Shown: positions 1-10,051, numbered from the stretch's first letter. The stretch is 64,000 nucleotides of DNA from Candidatus Magasanikbacteria bacterium GW2011_GWC2_37_14 (GCA_000990355.1 LBSX01000007.1:441-64440), one strand, 5' to 3'. Notes: a model not told the origin generated them from the letters alone. Translations and numbers: made by a program.

Positions 1-1319
1 ACCTCAAACATCTTTGTTAAATCTCTTGTTTCAAGCTTCTCAGCCCTAGCTACTTCTGGTTTGGGTGGTTTGGCCAAAGTTTCTACTTGCAACGCCCCAT
101 CAACCACTTTATTTATCATTGGCAAAGTTTGTTTCTTTTTAGTACTAAAATCACCATCGCCAAAACACTGTTCATAAACTTTCGTAAAAAACTCGGCTTT
201 CTTTTCTGGAGGATGTTTACTCTTTTTAAAAATTGGATCTAATTTTGCTAAAATTTTGTTTAAATAATCTAAAAACCACTCCACATCTTTCCAAAGCACT
301 TTTTCATCCATTATCAATTGTGTTAATACTGTTTTAATATCCGGTGTATAACCCAAATATTCTTTTAATACTAAATAATCTTTATTTAAGGCTTGTTCCA
401 ACAATAACGCCCTTTCACTGGCAACTTCTACAATGGGTGCTTTTGCCTCTGCCACCACAATTTTTGGTTGTTGTTCTTTAACAACAGGCCTTGTTGGCAC
501 AGGTTCTTTTTTAATATCAGGCTTTCGATAAATTCTCCCTTCTGGAGGTTTTTTAAATTCTAACTGTCCAATATAATAAGTTCTAGCAAAATTTGCAGGG
601 TTAGAGGCTTCACCGGTCATTTTTATTTTATTATCATCACCAACAGCTAAAATTGTTCCTTCTAAATAATTTAATTTTGGATCATCTCGCCGAATGGGTG
701 GTATATAAGCCATAACAATTTCACCAGCTCTTACACGATTACGCAAAATATCAATTGGCGCTTCTGGCAAAACCAGTCTTTCTCTAGCTGGCAACTTTTT
801 TTCTACTCTTATCTGTGGTTCAAATGCCTTTGCTGCTGGTTCAATAACCTTTTCTTCAACTTTTGCTTCCACTTTAACTACTGGTTTTGGAACAACCGGC
901 TCCACTACTGGCCTAACAACTTCCTCTACTACTGGTGCAACGACTTCTTTTTCTTCTGTTTCACTATTCAATTCCGCTTCATCTTTGTTTGCTCCCTTGC
1001 CAATACTAACATCCACTAATTTTTCTATATCTCCCATAGCTGCTTCTATTCGTCTTTCTTTTTCGTCAGCAGAAATAGCTTTTATACCTTCGGCCGCATT
1101 TCTATCTACCAATTCTTGTTGATCTCTACTTACTCCAATATTATATTGTCGCAATTCAATTTCCTCTTGACTGAGTGGTTTGGAAATACCCCAAAGTTTT
1201 CTCCAAGTAGATTTTAATCCTAATTTTTTATTGTGAGCACCCAAAACATCAGACGTTTCTACATCTGGCAAATTTTTACCATCTACAATATATCGTCGTT
1301 GGTTACCTTCTATTCCCAT
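1..1319 (-). CDS. Hypothetical protein (ORFan-like, charged and Pro/Val/Glu-rich), 3'-truncated by window edge
   Basis: ATG at 1319 (MGIEGNQRRYIVDGKNLPDVE...). The same frame reads open at the window edge (...PEVARAEKLETRDLTKMFE); I checked the ends only. Absent from the ORF track, consistent with no stop inside the window. Confidence 0.75.
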   Translation of the reverse strand, partial: MGIEGNQRRYIVDGKNLPDVETSDVLGAHNKKLGLKSTWRKLWGISKPLSQEEIELRQYNIGVSRDQQELVDRNAAEGIKAISADEKERRIEAAMGDIEKLVDVSIGKGANKDEAELNSETEEKEVVAPVVEEVVRPVVEPVVPKPVVKVEAKVEEKVIEPAAKAFEPQIRVEKKLPARERLVLPEAPIDILRNRVRAGEIVMAYIPPIRRDDPKLNYLEGTILAVGDDNKIKMTGEASNPANFARTYYIGQLEFKKPPEGRIYRKPDIKKEPVPTRPVVKEQQPKIVVAEAKAPIVEVASERALLLEQALNKDYLVLKEYLGYTPDIKTVLTQLIMDEKVLWKDVEWFLDYLNKILAKLDPIFKKSKHPPEKKAEFFTKVYEQCFGDGDFSTKKKQTLPMINKVVDGALQVETLAKPPKPEVARAEKLETRDLTKMFE

Positions 1320-1366
1320 ACAAAAATATACTAATAATTCTAGCTTAATATTTTAAGCTATTTTTG

Positions 1367-4300
1367 TCAATCAACTATCTTTTCGGCTTCAGTCAATTTA
1401 ACCGATAATAAATGCGAGATGCCATCGGCTCCCATGGTTACGCCATAGAGCGCATCAGAGGCATGCATGGTAACTCGATTGTGAGTAATTACTACAAATT
1501 GTGATTGATTAGAAAGTTCCTGTAAAATTTTGGTAAAACGCAAAGTATTGGCTTCGTCTAGTGCGGCTTCTACTTCGTCCAAAACTACAAAAGGTGGCGG
1601 ATTGGTATGAAGAATGGCACAGACCAAAGCAATGGAGGCCAAAGTGCGTTCCCCTCCCGAAAGTGCTTGAATATTTTTAATTTTTTTGCCAGGTGGGCAA
1701 GCAATTACATCTACACCCAACAAAATTTGTTCTTTTTTATTTTTAGGTTTTGCATTTTCCTCTTCTTCATTTTCTAATTCATTATTTAAATCTTCTATAC
1801 TAATATTTGGGTCTTCGGCTAATTTACTTTCACCATACAATTCTACCAAATCAGCTTTGCCGCCATCGAATAATATTGCAAAATATCGCGAAAATTCTTT
1901 TTTAATTTGTTTAAAAGCCTTGTCGCGTTTTTTCTTCATTAATTCATCTAATTCTACAATCAAAGATTCCAAATCAGTTAAAGCTTTATTTAGGTCAGTT
2001 AATTGTGAATCTAAATATCCATAACGTTCCTTTGTTTCTTGGTATTCAGCCATTACTTCTTCATCAATTCCGCCAATCAAACTTAATTGATATTTTAATT
2101 TTTGAATTTTTTCTAGCGTTAATTCCATTTCCACAACTGGCAAAACTTCGGTACCACGTTCTTTTAAGGCAGTTAACTGGGTGTGTAATTCTTGATAAAC
2201 TTCGTTGCTTAAATCTTCTTGTTTAGTTTCCAATTTGGCCACCAAAACCTGCTTGTCGTTTTTCTTTTCGACAATTTTAGATAAGGCTGTTTGTTCTTCT
2301 TGCATGGCATCTTGCAAAGCAAAAATTCTTTGCTTTTTCTTTTCTTCACCTTCGTTAAATAATTTCATTTTTTCTTCCACTCCCAATAATTCTTTTTCTT
2401 TATTTTTGATTTCTTTTTCTACACCACTTTTTTGTTTTTCTACTTGGTGTAAATTTTCACTATACTCTTCTGGAGTCATGTTATGCACCGACAGTTCTTG
2501 TTGCAAAGCAGATAATTCTCTGGCTAATTCTTGCTTTTGTTCTCCAAAAACAGTTAAACGACCTACAGCAATTTGTTCACCAGACAACAAACTTTGTAAA
2601 TCAGTTTTGGCCAATTCATAATCTTTATCAACCAATTCTTCCTGCTTTTGATAAGTTAATATTTCTTCTTCTAAAGTAACCAAATCTGTACCCATTAAAT
2701 AGGGCGAATCGCCATAAGAAAAACTTAAACCACGAGCCCGTTCTTTTTTGCGATAACCGCCTTTTAAAGAACCCGACACTTCTACCACATCTCCCTCCAA
2801 AGTTACCATGCGAATCCGACCAATACCAATTTCTCGCGCCACATCCAAATTATCCACAATTAAAGTATTACCCAAAACATAAGAAAAAATATTATTAAAA
2901 CGACTATCAAATTTGGCCAATTCTACGGCCAAGCCATGCACCCCAGAACGGTTTTTTAATTCATTAATATCTTGTGAAACAATTCTTTGCCTAATTTTAT
3001 TGAGTGGCATAAAAGTGGCCACCCCCAATTCTTGAGCGCGCAAATATTCAATAGATTTTTGTGCAGTGCCGTCATTATCGACAACTACCGAAGAAAGATT
3101 GCCTCCAGCTGCCACGTCTAGTGCCAAACGATATTTTTCATCTACTTCGGCCAACTGCGCCACGGTGCCATACACTACACCCAAACGATGGCGCTCTTCT
3201 AGCACTGCTTGCACAGCTTTTAACCCAGAATATTGCATGTATGATTGTTCATTTTTTACTTGCAACATTTTTTGTTCGAGATTACCAATCTTGCCTTTAA
3301 TTTCGGTGTGCTCTAATAATTTTTCTTCTACTTCTTTTTTCTTTAACAAAATTTCTTCGGCATTTTTTTGCGAATTATTTTCTGCATCAGTTAGTTCTTT
3401 TTCCAAACGTGCCACTTCGCCTTCTAAATTATTAATTTTACTTTGAAGCCAGCCTACATTTTGCTTGCCAGCTTTGGAATATTCAGTTTGTAATTTCCCC
3501 ATTAAAACTGCTTTTTCACTTTCTAATAAATTTTTCTGTCTTAAAATTTCTTGATACTCTTTTTGTAAATTGGCAAATACTTCCTGACGCGATTCTTCGC
3601 GAGCCAAACGAGCCATTTCTTCTTGCACGGCCAATAACTTGGCATTACTTTCGGTATATTCTTTATTAAAAACTTTTAACTCTTGTTGTAAAACTTCTAA
3701 TTGAGTTTGATTGTAATAATATAATGTATAAAAATATTTCTCTTGACACTCACGTAATTGTATTTCCACTTCTTGACGTTGCTCTAATTTTTTTACTTGG
3801 CGCGACAAAGTGCGCAGTCGTGGTTCTACTTCGTTGAGTAAGGCAGTAGCCTGATCAATATTTTCTTTGGTATGATACAATTTTAAAGCGGCTTGATGGC
3901 GTTTAATTTGAAACTCTTTAATTCCACAGGCTTCATCAAAAAAATCCTTGCGTTCTTGTGGAGTTTGTAAAAGTAGTCGATCAATTGTACCCTGACCAAT
4001 TACACTATAAGCGCCTTGGCCAAATTGCGCTTTGGCCAAAAGTATTTGCAAATCAATCAACCGAACATTGTTGTTGTTTACCAAATATTCACTTTCTCCC
4101 GAACGATAAAAACGACGAGTAATTACTAATTCGTCATAATCAATTGGCACACGCTTATCGGCATTGTCCAAAATCATCGTTACTGCCGCCATGCCCATTT
4201 GCCCTTTGGAGTCAGATCCCGAAAAAATAATATCTTCACCTTTTTTACCACGCAACATTTTCATACTCTGTTCACCCATTACCCAGCGAATAGCATCGGA

Positions 4301-4441
4301 GATGTTACTTTTGCCCGCACCATTTGGCCCAACTACCGAAGTAACCGTATAACGGCCATCTTTGGCTTGAGGCAGAAATTCCAAAAAAGCCTTTTGTGCA
4401 AAAGACTTAAAACCATGTATTTCTAGACTTTTTAAATACAT
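1367..4441 (-). CDS. smc: Chromosome segregation protein SMC
   Basis: MYLKSLEIHGFKSF start, Walker A GPNGAGKS, hinge (GVVYGTVAQL...GSLKGG), LSGGE signature, Walker B LDEVEAALD. Confidence 0.97.
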   Translation of the reverse strand: MYLKSLEIHGFKSFAQKAFLEFLPQAKDGRYTVTSVVGPNGAGKSNISDAIRWVMGEQSMKMLRGKKGEDIIFSGSDSKGQMGMAAVTMILDNADKRVPIDYDELVITRRFYRSGESEYLVNNNNVRLIDLQILLAKAQFGQGAYSVIGQGTIDRLLLQTPQERKDFFDEACGIKEFQIKRHQAALKLYHTKENIDQATALLNEVEPRLRTLSRQVKKLEQRQEVEIQLRECQEKYFYTLYYYNQTQLEVLQQELKVFNKEYTESNAKLLAVQEEMARLAREESRQEVFANLQKEYQEILRQKNLLESEKAVLMGKLQTEYSKAGKQNVGWLQSKINNLEGEVARLEKELTDAENNSQKNAEEILLKKKEVEEKLLEHTEIKGKIGNLEQKMLQVKNEQSYMQYSGLKAVQAVLEERHRLGVVYGTVAQLAEVDEKYRLALDVAAGGNLSSVVVDNDGTAQKSIEYLRAQELGVATFMPLNKIRQRIVSQDINELKNRSGVHGLAVELAKFDSRFNNIFSYVLGNTLIVDNLDVAREIGIGRIRMVTLEGDVVEVSGSLKGGYRKKERARGLSFSYGDSPYLMGTDLVTLEEEILTYQKQEELVDKDYELAKTDLQSLLSGEQIAVGRLTVFGEQKQELARELSALQQELSVHNMTPEEYSENLHQVEKQKSGVEKEIKNKEKELLGVEEKMKLFNEGEEKKKQRIFALQDAMQEEQTALSKIVEKKNDKQVLVAKLETKQEDLSNEVYQELHTQLTALKERGTEVLPVVEMELTLEKIQKLKYQLSLIGGIDEEVMAEYQETKERYGYLDSQLTDLNKALTDLESLIVELDELMKKKRDKAFKQIKKEFSRYFAILFDGGKADLVELYGESKLAEDPNISIEDLNNELENEEEENAKPKNKKEQILLGVDVIACPPGKKIKNIQALSGGERTLASIALVCAILHTNPPPFVVLDEVEAALDEANTLRFTKILQELSNQSQFVVITHNRVTMHASDALYGVTMGADGISHLLSVKLTEAEKIVD

Positions 4442-4462
4442 AATGGAAATATTATAGCACTC

Positions 4463-4491
4463 TTGACAAATTCCCACAATAGGATTATAAT
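4463..4491 (+). promoter_or_regulatory. Consensus sigma70 promoter for DHH-clpP
   Basis: TTGACA-17 nt-TATAAT. Confidence 0.8.
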
Positions 4492-4509
4492 GGCTAGCTT
4501 GTAATATTT

Positions 4510-5493
4510 ATGGAAAGAACTGCCAAACAAATCCACAATTTAATTATCAATGCCCAAAACATTGTTTTGGTGCCCCACCAAAACCCCGACGGCGACGCTC
4601 TGGGGTCTGTTTCGTCTTTTTCCTATTATTTAATTAGTCTAAACAAAAGACACTATATTTTTTGTGCCACTCCTGCTTCTAGCAAATTACAAACTCTCCC
4701 CCATTTAATAGAACCTAATAATTCCTTAGAAATTTGGAAAACTCAGCCTGATTTAATTATTGTTTTGGATTCGGGCGATCTTAAATACGCGGGCATAGAC
4801 CAAATAATTAGCAATCTCACTCACGAATATTTAATTATAAATATTGATCACCATAATTCTAATACCAATTTTGGCCAGCATAATTTGGTAATAAAAAATG
4901 CTTCTGCCACGGCCGAAGTTTTGTATCATTTTTATAAATATAATAATATAAATATCGACAAAAACATGGCCTTGTCTCTCTTAACCGGTCTAATTACCGA
5001 CACCGACAACTTTACCAATGGTGCCACTAATACTAGTTCTTTAAAAATTGCTTCGGAACTTATTCACCGCGGAGCTAATTTTAATTTTCTTAAAAACTGG
5101 TTTATAAAAGATAAAAGTATTCTCGCTTTAAAACTTTGGGGTACCGTGCTTTCCCGTTTAAGTAAACACGAAGAATTGGATATTGTTTACACTTATCTTA
5201 CCAAAAATGATTTTAATAATTTGGAAATAAATGAAAATGAAATCGAAGGTATAGCTAATTTTTTAAATAATTTAGGCGAAGGCCGAGCTTCTTTAATTTT
5301 AAAGGAATTATCTAACAAAAAAATAAAAGGTAGTTTACGTACTACCAACGATAATATTGATGTTTCGGTAATTGCCAAAACTTTAGGCGGGGGTGGACAC
5401 AAAAAAGCTAGTGGCTTTGTACTCGAAGGTACACTAGAGGAAGTACTAAAAAAAGTTTGGGAAGCAGTTGCCAAGAGCGAAAAAAAGAAGTAA
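4510..5493 (+). CDS. nrnA: DHH/DHHA1 phosphoesterase (NrnA-like oligoribonuclease/pAp phosphatase)
   Basis: HQNPDGDALGS, IDHH, TDT, GGGGHKKASG motifs. Confidence 0.9.
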   Translation: MERTAKQIHNLIINAQNIVLVPHQNPDGDALGSVSSFSYYLISLNKRHYIFCATPASSKLQTLPHLIEPNNSLEIWKTQPDLIIVLDSGDLKYAGIDQIISNLTHEYLIINIDHHNSNTNFGQHNLVIKNASATAEVLYHFYKYNNINIDKNMALSLLTGLITDTDNFTNGATNTSSLKIASELIHRGANFNFLKNWFIKDKSILALKLWGTVLSRLSKHEELDIVYTYLTKNDFNNLEINENEIEGIANFLNNLGEGRASLILKELSNKKIKGSLRTTNDNIDVSVIAKTLGGGGHKKASGFVLEGTLEEVLKKVWEAVAKSEKKK

Positions 5494-5524
5494 AATAGTT
5501 AAGTAATCCTTAACTATTTTTTAT

Positions 5525-6124
5525 ATGTCTAACAAAGAAATACAAAATCAATATCTGATTCCCACCGTCATCGAAAAAACATCTTATGGCGAACGCGCCT
5601 ATGATATTTATTCCAGGTTGTTGAAAGACCGAATAATTTTTTTGGGCACAGCGATTGATGACGCCGTGGCCAATACCGTAATTGCCCAATTATTATTTTT
5701 GGCAAATCAAGATTCGGAAAAAGATATTAAAATTTATATCAATTCTCCTGGTGGTTCGGTTACAGCTGGTATGGCTATTTACGACACCATGCAATTTATA
5801 AAACCCGATGTTTCTACCACTTGCGTGGGTATGGCTGCTAGTATGGCTTCGGTACTCTTGGCTGCTGGCGCCAAAGGCAAACGTTTTTGTTTGCCAAATT
5901 CCGAAGTGATGATTCATCAAATTATGGGTGGTATGGAAGGTCAAGCCAGTGACATCAAAATTCATGCGGAAAGAATTTTAAAATTAAAAACTAAATTAAA
6001 TAATATTTTGGTAAAACACACTGGACAAACTTTGGAAAAAATTGACAAAGATACTGATCGTGATTATTTTATGACTGCCGAGGAAGCAGTAAAATATGGT
6101 TTGGTAGATAAGGTTATCGAATAG
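5525..6124 (+). CDS. clpP: ATP-dependent Clp protease proteolytic subunit
   Basis: [28 protein letters not shown] (catalytic Ser), MIHQ, DRD. Confidence 0.98.
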   Translation: MSNKEIQNQYLIPTVIEKTSYGERAYDIYSRLLKDRIIFLGTAIDDAVANTVIAQLLFLANQDSEKDIKIYINSPGGSVTAGMAIYDTMQFIKPDVSTTCVGMAASMASVLLAAGAKGKRFCLPNSEVMIHQIMGGMEGQASDIKIHAERILKLKTKLNNILVKHTGQTLEKIDKDTDRDYFMTAEEAVKYGLVDKVIE

Positions 6125-6130
6125 TTTTTT

Positions 6131-6169
6131 TCCCTCCCCTATAAGGGGAGGCCCCTCGTAGGGGGAGGA
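6131..6169. repeat. Intergenic CCCTCCCC...GGGGAGG palindrome (REP-like)
   Basis: tccctcccctataaggggagg...gggggagga; same family at 15655-15688, 53991-54050, 54149-54231, 58255-58288. Confidence 0.7.
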
Positions 6170-6173
6170 AAAT

Positions 6174-6203
6174 AAAAAACTGCGATTTATATCGCAGTTT
6201 TTT
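6174..6203. terminator. Bidirectional intrinsic terminator
   Basis: aaaaaactgcgat-ttat-atcgcagtttttt between convergent units. Confidence 0.8.
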
Positions 6204-6396
6204 ATTTTCAACTATTTATAATAATTTTACCCTCACACCTATGTATAGGTGTTGGGGTTTATAAACACTTGAGTCACCCTTGGTCCTCCAAGGCCAAGGT
6301 GCTCCTAAGTAATTAGGAAAAGATCGAAAAGAACGTAGATTGGTTGCCCCGGAGCTGGGGCGAGATAGACGGCTTGGCGCCATCAAGAACGGAAGG

Positions 6397-7257
6397 TTAT
6401 TCGTCGCTACACGCGTCACCAACCCCGTTGCCGTCGGCGTCGGCCTGATCGGGGTTGTAATCGCAATTGCAATTGTCGTCATAATCGTCAATACCATCAC
6501 CATCGGAATCCCCCCAGGGATCAGTGATAGAATGGGGGGCGTTGGGGCAATAGTCGCAAATATCACCCAATCCGTCGTGATCCGAATCTTTTTGACCGGG
6601 ATTGTATTCGTAACTATTATTGCAATTATCTTCATCATCTCGGACACCGTCGCCGTCGACATCGGAGTCGCACGCGTCGCCCACCCCATCGCCGTCGCCG
6701 TCGTTCTGTTTAAAATAATCCCAAGGTCTTTCGTCCCCCGGTCCCTGGAGCTCCTCGAAGTTATGTAGCGAACTACAGTGACCCCAATCATCTTCGGTTT
6801 CATTGCGACACCCCATCACGTCAAATATATTGGGGCAGTTGTCGCAAGCGTCGCCGATGCCGTCGCCGTCCATGTCACCCTGATCCAGGTTGTCAATGCC
6901 CGGGCAGTTGTCTTCTGCATCGGGCAGGCCGTCGTTGTCGTCGTCGGCTTCACAGGCATCGCCCACACCGTCGCCGTCAGCGTCGGCCTGATTGTGGTTG
7001 CTGATCTTGGGACAGTTATCGCAGGCGTCGCCAACACTATCGCCGTCAGCGTCGGCCTGGTCGTAGTTGTCCACGGTTGGACAGTTTTCACATTTGTCGC
7101 CCACGCCGTCGTAGTCAGTATCGACCTGCGCAGGGTTGGCGATCTGCTCGCAGTTGTCATCATAGTCCACGACGCCGTCGCCGTCCGTATCCGGGACTTC
7201 GCACGCCGCGAACAACAGGGCCGCCAGCACCAGCACAAACCAATCGCACTGCTTCAT
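6397..7257 (-). CDS. GC-rich lipoprotein with thrombospondin type-3-like Ca-binding repeats
   Basis: Start reassigned to ATG 7257 after GGAGGG; signal peptide and lipobox LFAA-C; many DNCPxxxNxxQxDxDGDGVGDAC repeats; codons strongly G/C-ending. Confidence 0.85.
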   Translation of the reverse strand: MKQCDWFVLVLAALLFAACEVPDTDGDGVVDYDDNCEQIANPAQVDTDYDGVGDKCENCPTVDNYDQADADGDSVGDACDNCPKISNHNQADADGDGVGDACEADDDNDGLPDAEDNCPGIDNLDQGDMDGDGIGDACDNCPNIFDVMGCRNETEDDWGHCSSLHNFEELQGPGDERPWDYFKQNDGDGDGVGDACDSDVDGDGVRDDEDNCNNSYEYNPGQKDSDHDGLGDICDYCPNAPHSITDPWGDSDGDGIDDYDDNCNCDYNPDQADADGNGVGDACSDE

Positions 7258-7285
7258 CACACCCTCCGAGCAAAAGGTTCGCCCA

Positions 7286-7324
7286 AAAGCACGCCCGTGC
7301 CTCCGAGCAAGAACAAGAACAGAA
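7286..7324 (-). repeat. 39-bp leader block identical to 9754-9792
   Basis: aaagcacgcccgtgcctccgagcaagaacaagaacagaa is present upstream of both GC-rich genes. Confidence 0.95.
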
Positions 7325-7624
7325 CCAAAACTAACGCAAAGCGCAAAACTAACTAAATTCAAACTACCAGCTTTTTGTAGCTGGGACCTTTCATTGTCAA
7401 AGAGCGAGAAAAGAATACAACAATTATATGCTTTTCTCATTCTTTAAACAAAATTCATTTCTTCGAGGGGGAGCCGAACACGCTTTCCAGCATGTCAGCT
7501 CCCCCTCGTCCGCAGTGTATAGTTACCACCATTCCGATTACTCGGTTTAGTGAATTTAAATCTCAAAGATCAATTAGCATTTAATTATACAGAGCGCTTA
7601 CTCTGTGTTGTCTATATTTGTAAA

Positions 7625-9724
7625 TTAATTGCACCAGGGGTCGAGCTGGTTGCACTGCCCATCGTCCCAGTTGCACAGGGCGGTGCAGGGGTTGCCATCG
7701 GGCAGGCACTTGTCCTGGTACACGCACTGGCCCGTTTCCGGGTTGCACGACCCGTTCTGGCAATTGTTACTCTTGCAGGTGTCCTCCTGGTAATGACACC
7801 TGTTGTTCCAGATGTTGCATTCGCCCATGTACATCACCGACTTACCTGTAACGGTACAGACTCGAGTGCCCAAGGTCGGACACTCCTCATGGGTGTCACA
7901 GGCCTCACAGCCCGGCACCGGCAAGTTGGTGCAAGCACCATTCTTATAATCACAGGCGTCGTCTGTACAGGGTTCGCCGTCGTCACACTTTTCCTGGAAA
8001 GCACAACTTCCAGTTTCCGAGTTGCAATAACCAGTTCCACAGGCGTCCGAGGAGCAGACGTACTCGTGCGTACGGCACCTATGCCCCCAGGCCTCACATT
8101 CCCCCGTGTAGGAGATTGCCAAGGAGCTGCCCCCGCACATCTGCGTTCCCGACGACGGGCACTGTTCGTGGGTGTCGCAGGCCACGCAACCTGCGACGGT
8201 CAGGTTCGTGCACGCGCCCGTGCTGTCGTCGCACGAATCGTCGGTGCAGGGGTTCTCGTCGTCGCACTTGTCGTTCTGGATACACCCTCCTTTCGTCGGG
8301 TTGCACTCAGCGACCTGACACAGACCATAGGCCTGACAAACTACGCCCGGGTAAGTGCAGACATGGTCCACACACTTGTTGTCGGTGCAGGGGTTCTGGT
8401 CATCGCATTTGTAGTCCCCGTCGCACCAGATCGGGTCGTTTTCGCACCGGTAGCCATTCTGGACTTCTGCGTCCGGAATGCAGATCTGGCCACCCCAATC
8501 ACACCGTTTATTGTTGGAGCACTTGTTGCCGTCATCGCTCCATTCACAGTAATCGTCAGTACAGGGGTTCCCATCGTTGCAGTCGGCGGTCACAAGACAC
8601 GGCACACAGCCGACCGTTTCCCGACAGCGCAGGCCCTGCCCGCAGATGGCGTCCGACGCCTTGTGGGTGCACACGCACAGCGAACCCTGAGGCTCGGCGG
8701 CGTCGATCGTACAACCCACTTCGTCATCTTCGCACACTGGTGGCGCGTAAAAACACTTGTGATCGGGCCCGCAAATATCGCCCGTACAAGGGTTGCCGTC
8801 GTTGCAGTCGCCCTCGTCCAGGCAGCACCCGGGAATCTTCTCGTTCTGGCACCCCTTCCCCTCTTCGCAGAAGTCGTTGGTGCACTCGTTGTTGTCGTCG
8901 CACGACACCTGAGCCTGCCCGCAACCAAGGTACAATTCGCACTTGGCCTCGGTGCACACCGAGCTGTCGCTCGGGCACATGCCATCCATGGGCAAGTGCT
9001 GGCACAGCCCGTTGCTGTCGCATAAGTCGGTGGTGCAGTTGATGCCGTCGTCGCAATCGGTCTTGGTCTCGACGCATTGGCCGTCTACGCACGCCACGCT
9101 GGCACACTTGGACGACGCGATGCATTCCGAGAAACCGTTCCCACACTTGACTTTCTGATGGATGCAACCGATCCCAACGACACACATGTCGATGGTCGTG
9201 AGTTCGCCATCCTCGCACAGCACGGGAAAGAACTGGCAACCAACGCCGGTCACGCACTTGGCCTGGTTGCACTCGTCGCCCAAACCCAAGCACGCGTTCT
9301 CGTTGACGTGACTGAAGTTGCAACCGGTCGCCGGCAAGCACTCGTCGGCCGTGCACGGATCGTCATCGTTGCAGGTGAGCGCCTTCTGCTGGCACCCGGC
9401 CTGCAGATCGCACTCGTCCATGGTACACGCGTTGTTGTCGTTGCAGGCGACGTGGTTCGGGGTATGGTAACAGCTACCATTGTCGCACCGCTCGATGGTG
9501 CAGAGGATGCCGTCGTCGGCGCAGTCGCCATCGAAGTCACACTCGGACGGGTGATTGTCCACCTCCACCTTGTCGACTTCAGCGACCTCCTCCACCACCT
9601 CGACTTCCTGGGCCACGTCGGCCGTACCGCCGTTGCCCGTGTCCGACGTGTTGACGGAGACGCCGCACGTCACGGACACCAACGCCACCAGCACCAGCGC
9701 GAAGAACTTCACGAAGCGGTTCAT
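7625..9724 (-). CDS. GC-rich secreted or lipid-anchored cysteine-rich repeat protein (CDDGNPCTxDxC repeats)
   Basis: Start reassigned to ATG 9724 after GGAGGA; signal MNRFVKFFALVLVALVSVT-C; more than 12 C-x-D-x-N-x-C-T-x-D-x-C units of the kind common in Myxococcota surface proteins. Confidence 0.85.
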   Translation of the reverse strand: MNRFVKFFALVLVALVSVTCGVSVNTSDTGNGGTADVAQEVEVVEEVAEVDKVEVDNHPSECDFDGDCADDGILCTIERCDNGSCYHTPNHVACNDNNACTMDECDLQAGCQQKALTCNDDDPCTADECLPATGCNFSHVNENACLGLGDECNQAKCVTGVGCQFFPVLCEDGELTTIDMCVVGIGCIHQKVKCGNGFSECIASSKCASVACVDGQCVETKTDCDDGINCTTDLCDSNGLCQHLPMDGMCPSDSSVCTEAKCELYLGCGQAQVSCDDNNECTNDFCEEGKGCQNEKIPGCCLDEGDCNDGNPCTGDICGPDHKCFYAPPVCEDDEVGCTIDAAEPQGSLCVCTHKASDAICGQGLRCRETVGCVPCLVTADCNDGNPCTDDYCEWSDDGNKCSNNKRCDWGGQICIPDAEVQNGYRCENDPIWCDGDYKCDDQNPCTDNKCVDHVCTYPGVVCQAYGLCQVAECNPTKGGCIQNDKCDDENPCTDDSCDDSTGACTNLTVAGCVACDTHEQCPSSGTQMCGGSSLAISYTGECEAWGHRCRTHEYVCSSDACGTGYCNSETGSCAFQEKCDDGEPCTDDACDYKNGACTNLPVPGCEACDTHEECPTLGTRVCTVTGKSVMYMGECNIWNNRCHYQEDTCKSNNCQNGSCNPETGQCVYQDKCLPDGNPCTALCNWDDGQCNQLDPWCN

Positions 9725-9753
9725 CGTATCCTCCGAACGAACGTGTGGTCTCG

Positions 9754-9792
9754 AAAGCACGCCCGTGCCTCCGAGCAAGAACAAGAACAGAA
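9754..9792 (-). repeat. 39-bp leader block identical to 7286-7324
   Basis: Exact direct repeat. Confidence 0.95.
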
Positions 9793-9920
9793 ACCGGCAC
9801 AAAAACAACACCAAAATTAACCAGCTTAAATGGCTGGATTAGCTAGGTTGTCAAAGAGCCGAGAAAAAATAATTTTATTACTCTTTCTTCGCTCTTTGGC
9901 TAAATTTTCTTTAACAGCAG

Positions 9921-9949
9921 ATTGTAACAAACAAATGTCTGTTTGTCAA
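9921..9949 (-). promoter_or_regulatory. sigma70 promoter for the Cys-rich gene
   Basis: Minus strand TTGACA-17 nt-TACAAT with extended -10 TG. Confidence 0.75.
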
Positions 9950-10022
9950 TAGCTAACTGTGTACAACCAAAAAACAATTTGGCTAAAACAAGCCAAATTT
10001 TACCTTTATACACAGCCCCCTC

Positions 10023-10051
10023 TTGACAAACAACCAAAAATATGATATAAT
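10023..10051 (+). promoter_or_regulatory. Consensus sigma70 promoter of an orphan RNA
   Basis: TTGACA-17 nt-TATAAT with TG extension. Confidence 0.8.

Noticed and set aside
1367-4441. SMC shorter than the usual ~1180 aa
   Set aside because: All motifs are intact; shortened coiled coils alone are not strong evidence of novelty.
7584-7614. TAGACA-19 nt-TATAAT with a dyad ACAGAG/CTCTGT (MerR-like promoter geometry)
   Set aside because: No MerR gene in the window, and the dyad is equally explained as a hairpin just after the upstream stop codon.
6216-9842. Long overlapping ORFs (e.g. 7550-9025 +, 8116-9042 +, 9077-9820 +, 6778-7356 +)
   Set aside because: Antisense or alternate-frame shadows caused by high GC3 in the real minus-strand genes; Val/Ala/Arg-rich with no motifs.
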